Source of the DNA: an uncultured delta proteobacterium
Lineage (GTDB): Bacteria > Desulfobacterota > GWC2-55-46
Assembly: GCA_963727865.1 (NCBI GenBank)
Contig: CAVSHY010000026.1
Location: 54,327 to 118,326 of the forward strand
Direction: 5' to 3'
Length of the DNA stretch: 64,000 nucleotides
A program made the translations under genes and the position numbers. The first letter of the stretch is position 1. The number at the start of each line of letters is the position of its first letter. This document shows positions 19,700-29,604 of the stretch, one piece after another. The notes under the pieces were generated by a model, which worked only from the letters and a program-made list of their open reading frames with translations, ran no database searches and was not told the DNA's origin.

Positions 19700-21858
19700 T
19701 TGATGACTTATTTTGTCTTCTGCATCCATAACCACCAGCCTGTCGGCAACTTTGATCATGTCCTTGAGGAATGCTTTGAAAAGGCATACTGGCCATTCCT
19801 TAAGACAATTTCAAAATACCCTTCCATAAAGCTTACTCTCCATAATACCGGCTTTCTGCTCGACTGGATAATCGAAAACCGCCCCGAGTATATCGAACTC
19901 CTTAAAACAATGGTCGATAGAGGCCAGGTTGAGATAATGGGAGGGGGGTACTACGAACCGGTCCTTTCCGTAATACCGGAGGCCGATAGGATTAATCAGA
20001 TAAAGATGATGTCTGAAAAGATATTTGAAATCTTCAAGGTGAAACCGAGGGGGATATGGCTCGCCGAGAGGGTATGGGAGCCGGCTCTCCCGACCACGCT
20101 TAAAAACGCCAAGGTCGAATACCTTCTCCTTGACGATTATCACTTCGTAAAATCAGGCCTTGACAGGGAAGAGCTTGGCGGATATTACATAACCGAGGAC
20201 CAGGGTAAGACGGTAAAGATCTTTCCCGGAAGCGAAATGCTCCGCTACCTAATCCCCTTCAGGCCTGTTGAGCAGCTGGAGGAGCACCTTAAAGGGCTTA
20301 AGGGCTTTTTAAGGCTCGGTAACGCGGCTATCTACGGGGACGACGGTGAGAAGTTCGGCTCATGGCCAGGGACGCACGGGTGGGTTTACGACGAAGGATG
20401 GCTTGAAGGGTTTTTTAAGATGATCGAAAGAAAATCTCGACTGGCTTAAACCCGTAACCATGAGCGAATTTACCGACCGGGAAGAGCCCCTGGGGATGGT
20501 ATACCTTCCCGCTACTTCTTACATGGAGATGGGCGAGTGGGCGCTTCCGGCAAAGGCGTCGAGGACGTATGCCGAACTGGTCGAAGAAGTAAAGTCATGG
20601 AACGGCGGGGAAAGGGTCAGGAGGTTTCTCCAGGGCGGGATATGGCGGAATTTCTTTTCAAAGTATCCGGAAGCCAACTGGATGCATAAAAGGATGCTTA
20701 TCGTGAGCAAGGCTTTAAATGAGAGGATGGAAAGGACCATCTGCGTCGAGAACATCAATAAAGCGGAAAGGTTTTTATTTAAGGCCCAATCCAATGACGC
20801 GTACTGGCATGGGATATTCGGAGGGCTTTATCTCCCGCACCTGAGGAGGAGCGTCTATGAAAACCTGATTAAAGCTGAAAACCTGGTTAACGCAGAAAAT
20901 CCCGTCAGCGCCGGAGTAACGGAAGAGACATTTACTACGGTCCTCAAGGGAGACTTAGACGCTGACAATAATGAAGAGGTGGTCATAAGCACAAGGGATC
21001 TGAACCTTTTTCTGAGCCCCCGTTACGGAGGCGGGATAATTGAATGGGACTTTAAGCCCACGGCGGTAAATCTCCAGAATACATTATCCAGATGGTATGA
21101 AGGCTATCATAATAAACTGGAGACGAAGGCTGGCACTCTTCAGGGTGAGGCCAGGAGCATACATGAGATTATAAAAGTAAAGGAAAAAGGGCTGGAGAAG
21201 TACCTTATATATGATAACGCCCGCAGGAAGTCTCTCGTTGAGCACTTCCTTGGCCCTGTTGAGACCCTCGAAATTTTTTCTGCGAACACGCACAAAGAAC
21301 TCGGCGATTTTCACACGGGAAGATTTGACGCCGAGTTGAGGGATGACGGGGTTCTCTTTTGCTAAGGACGGGAGAGTAAGCGGAAAAGAAGTATTCTTAA
21401 GCAAGTGGATTAAGACCGTCGGGTACAACTCATTCAGCGTGGATTATCTGATAAAGGGCCTTGATAAAAATATCATGCCGGAAGAAGGGTACAGGTTCGC
21501 GGTGGAATTCAACCTGATGCTCCCGGGCTGTGACGGTCCGTTGTGCCATTATCAGCTGACCCCTTCACGGCCTGAAGCGGAAGATACCGGGCTCGGGATG
21601 CCAGTGGAAGCCGCCGGGATAGAAAAGATAAGCCTCATGGACAGGTTCTCAAAGACCATGGTTACCATTGAGCCGGATAAGCCGGCTACCCTGTGGAATT
21701 TCCCCATTTACACGGTTTCACTTTCCGAGGGCGGTTTTGAGAAGATATACCAGGGGTCGTGCCTTCTTTTCCTTTTTCCTCTGGAACCGGACAGGGAAAG
21801 CCGAAGGTACGGCATGGATTTCGGTCTCACGATAAAATCTGAAAGTATTCCTGACTAA
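19700..21858 (+). pseudogene. GH57-family alpha-amylase/4-alpha-glucanotransferase, interrupted by two +1 frameshifts
   Basis: It has the HNHQPVGNF GH57 signature. Three consecutive ORFs (19700-20449, 20460-21365, 21343-21858) read as one protein if single bases are skipped near 20426-20436 and 21348-21356. Confidence 0.8.
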
Positions 21859-21909
21859 TTGAAGCTCCCCGCGGCAAGCCGCGGGGTAAGCACTCGCTAC
21901 GCATTTTCA
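21859..21909 (-). repeat. Minimal form of the intergenic repeat (left terminus fused to the terminal palindrome)
   Basis: The reverse complement reads TGAAAATGCGTAGCGAGTGCTTA + CCCCGCGGCTTGCCGCGGGG + AGCTTCAA. It starts immediately after the GH57 stop codon. Confidence 0.75.
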
Positions 21910-21928
21910 TATTATAAGGGGTAATCCG

Positions 21929-22468
21929 ATGGAAAGTGCCGTTACGGAAGCGCTCGCTGAAAAGATTAAAAAGGTAAAACTTATTATCCTTGATGTGGAC
22001 GGGGTCATGACAGACGGAGGCATCATCTACAATGACGCGGGCCAGGAGACCAAAAGATTCGATGTGAGGGACGGCCATGGGATAAAGTTGGCGATGAGGG
22101 CCGGCATCGACGTCGCTCTCGTAACAGCGAGGGAATCACAGGCCGTGCTTCACCGGGCCAGGAACCTCGGGATCGAGCTTCTTTATCAGGGGATGCGGGA
22201 TAAGGTCAAGGCATTCGATGATCTATTGATAAAAAAGGCTTTAACCCCGGCAGAGATAGCTTATATCGGGGACGATCTGGTGGATCTCCCGATTATTAAA
22301 AGGGCGGGTTTTTCAGCCGCTGTACCGGACGCCGTCCCCGAGGTTAAGGAAAGGGTCGATTACGTGACTGCCAAGCCGGGGGGAGGGGGAGCCGTAAGGG
22401 AGACCATAGAGCTTATTCTTAAGACGCAGGGCAAGTGGGATGGGATAATCGAGCTATATTTTTCGTAA
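21929..22468 (+). CDS. kdsC: KDO 8-phosphate phosphatase (HAD family)
   Basis: It has LIILDVDGVMTDG...VRDGHGI and the conserved position upstream of lptC/A/B. Confidence 0.88.
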   Translation: MESAVTEALAEKIKKVKLIILDVDGVMTDGGIIYNDAGQETKRFDVRDGHGIKLAMRAGIDVALVTARESQAVLHRARNLGIELLYQGMRDKVKAFDDLLIKKALTPAEIAYIGDDLVDLPIIKRAGFSAAVPDAVPEVKERVDYVTAKPGGGGAVRETIELILKTQGKWDGIIELYFS

Positions 22469-22507
22469 AGTTAAGCTAAATCAGAGAGTTGCGGCGGGAT
22501 AAAAATC

Positions 22508-22536
22508 TTTACACCCGGATATGCCGATGGTATAAT
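22508..22536 (+). promoter_or_regulatory. Candidate sigma70 promoter upstream of lptC
   Basis: TTTACA, a 17-nt spacer and a perfect TATAAT. Confidence 0.55.
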
Positions 22537-22608
22537 TTTTGCTAAGAGCGCTAAAGTAGTCGTAAAAATTGCAAAAATTTGAATAAGTATTAAGGACTTA
22601 TGTCATTC

Positions 22609-22655
22609 TGAAAATACATAGCTCGTCACCCTGCCCGCAGTTTGCTGCCAGCAGT
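22609..22655 (+). repeat. Partial copy of the repeat (left module only)
   Basis: TGAAAATACATAGCTCGTCACCCTGCCCGCAG... matches the left module of copies B, C and D. Confidence 0.6.
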
Positions 22656-22705
22656 ACGGTCAGCCATTTAAAACGGATGCCTGATGGAATGAAAAATAAC
22701 TTTTT

Positions 22706-23263
22706 ATGAACCGGAAGCTGAGGATTACTCTTTCAGTATTTATCGCTCTCTCTGTAGCCGGCCTTATTATTCTGGTTTTTTTGCGTCATCAGCCGAAGAA
22801 CATTTTAAAAGTCGCTTTAAAAGATAATAAGATAGAGGTAAAGATAGACAAGGTGCATTACTCCGGCAATAAAGGCGGCCGCGTTGAGTGGGTGCTCGAC
22901 GCCGAGTCGGCAAAACGCTCAGGGAACGGAGACCTGCTTGTACTGGATACGCTCAAGCTAATTTTTTATACAAAGGCCGGTAAAACGTATACGCTAACGG
23001 CAAAAAAAGGACAGTATAAGGAATCGACCGGTGAAATAGAAGTCTCAGGTAATGTTGTGGTTGAATCTGAAGACGGCTTAAGGCTTAAGACAGAACGGCT
23101 TAAGTATTCTATGAACGCAAAGGAGATAACCACCGAAGAGCGGGTCTTTATAACTTCAAAAAATATGGATGTTACCGGGGTGGGGCTTCTCTCGGAGGTT
23201 GACAGGGGCAAGATTTTTTTACAAAAAAATATAAAGGCAGTATTTAGAAATACCGCGGTATAG
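22706..23263 (+). CDS. lptC: LPS export system protein LptC
   Basis: It has a single N-terminal TM helix, a beta-jellyroll-like body and the position directly upstream of lptA-lptB. Confidence 0.7.
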   Translation: MNRKLRITLSVFIALSVAGLIILVFLRHQPKNILKVALKDNKIEVKIDKVHYSGNKGGRVEWVLDAESAKRSGNGDLLVLDTLKLIFYTKAGKTYTLTAKKGQYKESTGEIEVSGNVVVESEDGLRLKTERLKYSMNAKEITTEERVFITSKNMDVTGVGLLSEVDRGKIFLQKNIKAVFRNTAV

Positions 23264-23270
23264 GGGACAC

Positions 23271-23849
23271 TTGAGCGTTTTATCATATATTAAGAATACA
23301 CCGGCAGCGTCCGTTTTGGCGGCGGTATTTCTTTTTCATTTCTTAACGCCTGGAATAGGCTGGTCAAAGGAGCCCGAACCCGGCAAAGAATCCACGAAAA
23401 AGCCTATTACCGTAACCTCCGATAAGATGGAGGCCGACACGAAAGAAAATCTTGTTGTTTTTAGAGGCAATGTGGTAGCGGTGGAGACTTTTACCCTTTG
23501 TTCCGATGAACTTTTTGTGCGTTATGATGAAAATAAACAGATAAGCGAGATACTCGCAAAGGGCGGTGTAAGGGTATTCCAGGATGGAAAGTCCGCCAGT
23601 TCCGCGGAGGCGATCTTCAGGAATGCCGATAGGACCATCGTCCTTACGGGTTCCCCTCAGGTAAAACAGTGCAATGATACCGTAAGGGGTGATAAAATAA
23701 CAATATATATAGACCAGAAGAACGCGCTTGTGGAAAGCGGCGGCGGCGGAAGGGTTAAAGCCGTTATAATGCCGGAAAAGAATTGTACCGACGCTTTGAC
23801 CCCGGAGAAGGGTACCGGTGAAGAAACTCGCTGTAAAGGGTCTCGTTAA
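23271..23849 (+). CDS. lptA: LPS transport periplasmic protein LptA (OstA-like)
   Basis: It has a signal peptide, then [24 protein letters not shown]. It uses a TTG start and overlaps lptB. Confidence 0.8.
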   Translation: MSVLSYIKNTPAASVLAAVFLFHFLTPGIGWSKEPEPGKESTKKPITVTSDKMEADTKENLVVFRGNVVAVETFTLCSDELFVRYDENKQISEILAKGGVRVFQDGKSASSAEAIFRNADRTIVLTGSPQVKQCNDTVRGDKITIYIDQKNALVESGGGGRVKAVIMPEKNCTDALTPEKGTGEETRCKGSR

Positions 23850-24540
23850 ATCCTTTAAAAAAAGGGTTGTTGTAGACGGGGTAAGTCTGAATATAGAACC
23901 CGGTGAGATCGTCGGGCTTCTCGGGCCCAACGGCGCCGGTAAGACCACTACGTTTTACATGACAGTGGGCCTCATTAGCCCGGACAAGGGCAAGGTCATG
24001 CTCGGCGAGAGCGACATCACTCATATGCCGATGTATGAGAGGGCGAGGCTCGGGATAAGTTACCTGCCGCAGGAGCCGTCTGTATTCAGGAAACTGACGG
24101 TCGAGGAGAACGTGAGGTCCATACTTGAATTCCTCGATAAGCCGAAGGAGGAGCTAAAGGCGCGGCTCGCGGAGCTTCTTGAGGAACTCGGGATACTCCA
24201 TCTCGCGAAGATTAAGGCTTACGCGCTTTCCGGGGGGGAGAGAAGGAGGGTTGAGATAGCAAGGGCCATGGTCAACTCCCCGTCTTACCTCCTGCTTGAT
24301 GAGCCGTTCTCCGGCATAGACCCTATCGCCGTCGGCGATATTCAGGAACTGGTGCTTGAGCTGAAGAAAAAAGGCATAGGCATACTTATTACGGACCACA
24401 ATGTGGGAGCTACCCTGGGCATATGCGACCGCGCTTACATCATTGACAGCGGTAAGCTTCTCAAGGCGGGCACACCCACGGAAATCCTTGACAGCAGGCG
24501 GGTAAGAGAAGTATATCTTGGGGAGAAGTTCAGGCTATAA
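23818..24540 (+). CDS. lptB: LPS export ABC transporter ATP-binding protein LptB
   Basis: It has Walker A (GPNGAGKTT), the signature LSGGERRR and Walker B (LLLDEP). It uses a GTG start. Confidence 0.93.
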   Translation: MKKLAVKGLVKSFKKRVVVDGVSLNIEPGEIVGLLGPNGAGKTTTFYMTVGLISPDKGKVMLGESDITHMPMYERARLGISYLPQEPSVFRKLTVEENVRSILEFLDKPKEELKARLAELLEELGILHLAKIKAYALSGGERRRVEIARAMVNSPSYLLLDEPFSGIDPIAVGDIQELVLELKKKGIGILITDHNVGATLGICDRAYIIDSGKLLKAGTPTEILDSRRVREVYLGEKFRL

Positions 24541-24570
24541 AAGCGGCGATAAACTTAGGGTATTCCAGAT

Positions 24571-26007
24571 ATGGCATACGAACTTAAACAGGAATTAAAA
24601 CTCACTCAAAGCCTTGTAATGACCCCGCAGCTCCAGCTTGCGATAAAGCTCCTGCAGCTTTCGAGGCTTGAACTTGTGGATCTCGTCAGGGAAGAGGTTC
24701 AGACAAACCCGGTTCTGGAAGAGACGGTTGACGCCTCTTCCCAGGAAGAGGCGCCTCCTCCGCCGGAGCCTCAAAAAACAGAAGTGGACTGGCAGGCGTA
24801 CCTCGAAGACCAGAATAATTACAGGGCTACCGGGGTGAATTTTAACGAAAAAGAGGATGAAGATTTCATGGACAACATTTCGTCCTCCGGCGGGAGCCTG
24901 AATGAGCACCTCCTCGGGCAGCTTAACATGCAGGGGATGACCGATGAAGGCCACGGAATCGGCGAGTATATCCTTGGCAATATCGACGAAGACGGTTATC
25001 TGAGGCTCGTTGAAAAAGAAGATCTGACGGATGATGAGCTTGAGGTACGGACAGTTCTTGAGATATCAAAATACCTTGAGGCGCCGGTTGAGGATGTGGA
25101 AGGGGTTCTTGCCATAATTCAGCAGTTCGACCCCCCGGGGGTAGGCGCCAGGGGTTTGAGGGAGTGTCTGCTTTTACAGGCGAGAAACCTCCCCGTAAGG
25201 GATACGGCCGTAGAGGAGATAATACAAAATCATCTCGAAAAGCTTGGCAGGAAAAATTACAAGGCCGTAGCGAGGAGCCTGGGGATTTCCCTTGAGGAAG
25301 TGTATGAAGCAGTAAGGGTTATAAATAAATGCCTTAACCCGGCGCCGGGCTCAGGCTTCGGGAAAGAGGAATCGCAGGCGATAGTCCCCGACATATATAT
25401 TCACAAGGTCGCGGACGAGTATGTCATAAGCCTGAACGAAGACGGCATGCCGAAGCTTAAGATAAGCCCTTACTACAGGCAGGTCCTTAAAGACAGCACC
25501 CGGGTGACCGATCAGGCGAAAGGTTACATACAGGATAAGCTCCGCTCCGCGGTCTGGCTCATAAAGAGCGTCCATCAGAGGCAAAGGACGATATACAGGG
25601 TCGTTGAATGTATCGTTAAATTCCAGAGAGAATTCCTTGATAAAGGGCTTAAGTACATGAAACCCCTGGTCTTAAAGGACATAGCCACGGAAATAGGCAT
25701 GCATGAATCGACCGTTAGCCGGGTCACTTCAAATAAGTACGTTCAAACGCCGCGGGGCATATTTGAGCTTAAATACTTTTTCTCAACAGGCATGTCCAAC
25801 TCCGACGGAGACGATATCACCGCTAAATTTATAAAGGAAAAGATGAGGGATATTATAAAGACGGAAAACGCGAAAAACCCTTTGAGCGACAAGCAGATCG
25901 TGGAGATTTTAAAGAAATCCGGCATAGTCCTCGCGCGCCGGACCGCCGCGAAATACAGGGAGGCTATAAAGGTTTTGCCTTCCAGCAGAAGGAAGGTCCA
26001 TTATTAG
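24571..26007 (+). CDS. rpoN: RNA polymerase sigma-54 factor
   Basis: It has a Gln/Leu-rich N-terminus, an HTH and the RpoN box (ARRTAAKYREA). Confidence 0.95.
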   Translation: MAYELKQELKLTQSLVMTPQLQLAIKLLQLSRLELVDLVREEVQTNPVLEETVDASSQEEAPPPPEPQKTEVDWQAYLEDQNNYRATGVNFNEKEDEDFMDNISSSGGSLNEHLLGQLNMQGMTDEGHGIGEYILGNIDEDGYLRLVEKEDLTDDELEVRTVLEISKYLEAPVEDVEGVLAIIQQFDPPGVGARGLRECLLLQARNLPVRDTAVEEIIQNHLEKLGRKNYKAVARSLGISLEEVYEAVRVINKCLNPAPGSGFGKEESQAIVPDIYIHKVADEYVISLNEDGMPKLKISPYYRQVLKDSTRVTDQAKGYIQDKLRSAVWLIKSVHQRQRTIYRVVECIVKFQREFLDKGLKYMKPLVLKDIATEIGMHESTVSRVTSNKYVQTPRGIFELKYFFSTGMSNSDGDDITAKFIKEKMRDIIKTENAKNPLSDKQIVEILKKSGIVLARRTAAKYREAIKVLPSSRRKVHY

Positions 26008-26093
26008 AGAAGGTTTTTCTGAGTTTCAGAGAGTCGTTCAGGCTAATAATCCTGAACGATCGAGGGATCGGGAATAAACTTCCCTGTCGGTTT

Positions 26094-26099
26094 ATAATC
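26094..26099 (+). promoter_or_regulatory. Isolated perfect TATAAT upstream of hpf (weak promoter candidate)
   Basis: TATAAT lies about 40 nt upstream of the ATG at 26140. No convincing -35 element is present. Confidence 0.25.
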
Positions 26100-26139
26100 G
26101 AGTTTTTTGCAGGAATATACAATAACCGGAGGTAAGGAC

Positions 26140-26682
26140 ATGGAAGTGAATGTTACATTCAGACATATGGAATCGTCTGAAGCTCTCAGAAAATACGCTG
26201 AAGAAAAGACAGGGCGAATCCTCAAGTACCTGTTTGAACCCGTGGAGGTTCACTGGGTTCTGTCCGTTGAGAAGATAAGGCATATAGCCGACGCCACGGT
26301 CGTTGCCAACGGGGTTACAATGAAGGCTCAGGAAGACACCCAGGATATGTACTCGGCGATCGATTCTGTTATCGATAAGCTTGAAAACCAGGTGAGAAGA
26401 CATAAAGAAAGAGTCAAAGACCACAAACCTCACAGCGAACCTCAGAGCATACGGTACATCCCGCAGGCCGAGGGCGCGGCGGGTAAACCGGCACGGATCG
26501 TTAAGAAGGAAAACCAGTTCGTAAAGCCCATGTCGGTTGAAGAGGCGGCTATGCAAATGGATGTCGCTGGTAACGATTTTCTTGTTTTCACGGATTCCTC
26601 CACCGGTAATATTTGCGTAATCTACAGGCTTTCTGGCGGGGACTTCGGCCTTATCGAGGCCCGGACAAAGGGAAGGCCGTAG
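26140..26682 (+). CDS. hpf: Ribosome hibernation promoting factor, long form
   Basis: It has MEVNVTFRHMESSEALRKYAEEK and a C-terminal dimerisation domain (PMSVEEAAMQMD...FLVF). GGAGG lies upstream of the ATG at 26140. Confidence 0.9.
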   Translation: MEVNVTFRHMESSEALRKYAEEKTGRILKYLFEPVEVHWVLSVEKIRHIADATVVANGVTMKAQEDTQDMYSAIDSVIDKLENQVRRHKERVKDHKPHSEPQSIRYIPQAEGAAGKPARIVKKENQFVKPMSVEEAAMQMDVAGNDFLVFTDSSTGNICVIYRLSGGDFGLIEARTKGRP

Positions 26683-26709
26683 GTAATCGTATTGTAGATA
26701 CGGATAAGT

Positions 26710-27180
26710 ATGAGGCTTACGGACGTATTCAAGGAAGATTTTATTTTAGCGGACCTTGAGGCAAAAGGGAAAAGGGAACTGCTGGAAGAGATGATTTCCG
26801 ATATTTCCTTAAAGGTTGACGGTCTTGACAGGGACCAGGTGCTTGCGGCCGTTTTTGAAAGGGAAAAGCTCGGCACCACAGGCATAGGAAATGGCGTAGC
26901 GATACCGCACGGCAAGGTAAAAGGGTTGAAGGAAATCAGGGTCTTTTTCGGAAGGAGCAGGAAGGGGATAGATTTTAGTTCGATGGACAAGATGCCCGTA
27001 TACCTCTTTTTTATGATCCTTGCCCCTGAGAATTCGGCGGCGGCGCATCTTAAAATACTCGCGAGCATATCCCACCTTTTTAGGAGCAAGAATTTCAGGT
27101 TAAGCCTGTTGAAGGCGGAAGGCCGGTCTGAGATATACCGGATAATAGCCGAGGCTGACAGGAAAAACAGGCTGGTTTGA
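26710..27180 (+). CDS. ptsN: PTS EIIA-Ntr (nitrogen regulatory IIA)
   Basis: It has the GIGNGVAIPHGKV active-site His motif. The stop TGA at 27178-27180 lies inside the repeat terminus. Confidence 0.88.
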   Translation: MRLTDVFKEDFILADLEAKGKRELLEEMISDISLKVDGLDRDQVLAAVFEREKLGTTGIGNGVAIPHGKVKGLKEIRVFFGRSRKGIDFSSMDKMPVYLFFMILAPENSAAAHLKILASISHLFRSKNFRLSLLKAEGRSEIYRIIAEADRKNRLV

Positions 27181-27483
27181 AAATGCATAGCTCGCCGCCC
27201 TGCCCGAAGAAAAGTTGCGCTGTAAGAGCGAATAGAATTTTTAAAGGGTGCTGCGCACGGCGGTTGTTTAGCGTTGCATGCGGGTTTAAACTACACCTTG
27301 CCTTAATGGACGGCGTAACAATCGCCCGGGCTCGGCGCGAGACGCCGCTATTTTTCAGGCGCCACATGAAGGATATTTTTAACGTCCTTCGCGAGACGCC
27401 GCTTATTTTCAGGTTCTCCATAAAGGACTCTGAAAAAACTTACATTTTGAAGATTCAGCGCGGCAAGCCGCGTGGGGCTCCAA
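27178..27483 (+). repeat. Modular intergenic repeat, long copy B (two internal units plus a roughly 100-bp unique insert)
   Basis: It has the same left module, unit and right module as copies A, C and D. The insert spans 27247-27345. The loop of the terminal palindrome is flipped (GCGGCAAGCCGC). Confidence 0.85.
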
Positions 27484-27542
27484 AGTTTTAAAGATTAGAG
27501 TGATAGTGATCGGGTTACTTAAATAAAATTTAAGGTCTTATT

Positions 27543-28490
27543 ATGGGCGTTCCTGTAAAGGAGCTTTTGGAGGAGGGGAGATGCGAGAGGTTCGCTCTCG
27601 AGCTTGTGGCCGGGGAAAAAGGCCTTACCAGGGAGCTGACCACATCCCGCATCCAGAAACCTGGTCTCCTGCTTACAGGGCTTCTTGAGGAGCTTCATTC
27701 CGATAGAATTCAGATATTCGGGGCCGCCGAGATAGGGTACCTGAATAGCCTCGGCGCAGAAGAACTCAAGAGCGTTATCGAGGTCATCGAGAAACCCGAT
27801 ATCCCCGCAATCATAGTCGCCAGAGGGCTTGAACCGCCGGAATTCCTCGTTAATCTCTGCAAAAAGAAGGACATCCCTCTTTTAAAGACAGGCCATACCT
27901 CTTCGGCCTTTATAGATGGGATAAGCAAATATCTTGAGGAAAGACTCGCCCCGTCAACGACGCTTCACGGGGTGTTCCTTGATGTACTTGGCGTAGGGAT
28001 ACTTATTATAGGAAAAAGCGGCATAGGAAAAAGCGAATGCGCCCTTGATCTTATATCAAGGGGATACAGGCTTGTATCGGATGACGCCGTGATAATAAAA
28101 AGGATGCCCCCCTCCACTCTTATCGGAACAGCCTCGGATCTGGTACGGTATCATATGGAGATAAGGGGGCTCGGCATAGTAAGCATTAAAGACCTCTTCG
28201 GTATAACCGCCATAAGGGAGAAAAAGCAGATGGACCTTGTGGTTGAGCTTGTAAAGTGGGAATCCGACGGCGAATACGAAAGGCTCGGTTTTGAGGAAAA
28301 TACATTCGAAATCCTTGGAGTCAGGCTCCCTTATCTTAATATCCCCGTGAGCACCGGAAGGAGCGTCGCCACGATAGTGGAGGTGGCCGCAAGAAATCAG
28401 CTGCTTAAGATCATGGGGCACCATTCCGCCAAAAACCTTGAGGCTCATCTGGATAACGCGATGAAAAGTCTGGATAAGGTAAAGAATTGA
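27543..28490 (+). CDS. hprK: HPr kinase/phosphorylase
   Basis: It has the Walker A GKSGIGKSE and the ...LVSDDAV...EIRGLGI signature. Confidence 0.92.
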   Translation: MGVPVKELLEEGRCERFALELVAGEKGLTRELTTSRIQKPGLLLTGLLEELHSDRIQIFGAAEIGYLNSLGAEELKSVIEVIEKPDIPAIIVARGLEPPEFLVNLCKKKDIPLLKTGHTSSAFIDGISKYLEERLAPSTTLHGVFLDVLGVGILIIGKSGIGKSECALDLISRGYRLVSDDAVIIKRMPPSTLIGTASDLVRYHMEIRGLGIVSIKDLFGITAIREKKQMDLVVELVKWESDGEYERLGFEENTFEILGVRLPYLNIPVSTGRSVATIVEVAARNQLLKIMGHHSAKNLEAHLDNAMKSLDKVKN

Positions 28491-29350
28491 AAGATATACG
28501 CCTGGTTGTTTTAAGCGGCCCGTCGGGTTCCGGCAAGAGTACGGCGATAAAGGCTCTGGAGGACCTTGGCTTTTTCTGCGTCGATAATATGCCTGTTGCC
28601 CTTCTCCCCAAATTCATGGAGCTCATCAATCAGTCCGGCGAGATAACGAAGGCCGCCGCGGTAGTCGATGTGAGGGAGAGGGAGTTTTTAAAGGCGTTTA
28701 CCCCTACCTTCGTAAAGCTCAAGGATGCGGGCTATAAGGTCGAACTTATCTATCTCGAGGCCTCCGATGATTCTCTCGTCAGGAGGTTCAGCGAGACGAG
28801 AAGGAAACATCCGCTGGCCGCTTCCGAAAGCCCGCTCGAGGGGGTTTTGCAGGAAAGGGAGCTTTTAAACGAGGTCAAGGCTCATGCCGATAAGGTCGTA
28901 GATACGACTTATTTCACCGTGCATCAGCTTAGGGATCTGATAAAGGAGTATTTTTCAGCTCCGGTAACCCATGACAGGATGACCGTTAACCTTATTTCAT
29001 TCGGCTACAGGTACGGCATACCCGCTGACGCCGACCTTGTCATGGATATAAGATTCCTGCCGAACCCTTACTTTATTAATTCATTGCAATGGCTTGACGG
29101 AAGGGATGAAAAGGTAAAAGAGTACATCCTCGAGAGGGACGAGACAAAGAAGTTTCTCGGGAATTTCAAAAGTTTCATAGATTACCTTATACCCCTTTAC
29201 TGGAAAGAGGGAAAGTCGTACCTGACCCTGGCGATAGGCTGCACGGGAGGCAGGCACAGGTCAGTCGTGATCGTTGAGGCGCTGGCGGATAAGCTGGATT
29301 CTGATATAGTAACTGTTAGGAAAAGGCACAGGGATATGCAAAAATCCTGA
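28487..29350 (+). CDS. rapZ: RNase adapter protein RapZ (YhbJ family P-loop NTPase)
   Basis: It has GPSGSGKSTA, FCVDNMP and IGCTGGRHRSV. Confidence 0.92.
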   Translation: MKDIRLVVLSGPSGSGKSTAIKALEDLGFFCVDNMPVALLPKFMELINQSGEITKAAAVVDVREREFLKAFTPTFVKLKDAGYKVELIYLEASDDSLVRRFSETRRKHPLAASESPLEGVLQERELLNEVKAHADKVVDTTYFTVHQLRDLIKEYFSAPVTHDRMTVNLISFGYRYGIPADADLVMDIRFLPNPYFINSLQWLDGRDEKVKEYILERDETKKFLGNFKSFIDYLIPLYWKEGKSYLTLAIGCTGGRHRSVVIVEALADKLDSDIVTVRKRHRDMQKS

Positions 29351-29604
29351 AGGAACCGGCATGATGGCCGAAAAAGTGTTTTGAGAGGATTTTTTTAGAA
29401 AAAAAGGTCCGCGCGCGGCTGATTGTTAACGACGGCTTCCCGGGGGCAACGCACGGCAAGGTCAATACGACCGTGAGAAAAATCGCTGTCAGCAGGGTCT
29501 AAAAATTCTGAGAGTTCCTCCTGTGAGAAGCCCCTTTAATAATTGGAGTTTTCCACCTAAAGACGCTTCTTCAGCAATTTAAAATTTACGGTCCGGAGTG
29601 TGAA

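Noticed and set aside
27177-27491. A 104-aa ORF, with its counterparts 1775-2044 and 45961-46260, considered as a small-protein gene family.
   Set aside because: I did not call these CDS. There is no ribosome-binding site. Copy C has in-frame stops. The ATG in copy A is out of phase. The 3' part evolves as a palindrome. The frame conservation is reported as a finding to test rather than as a feature.
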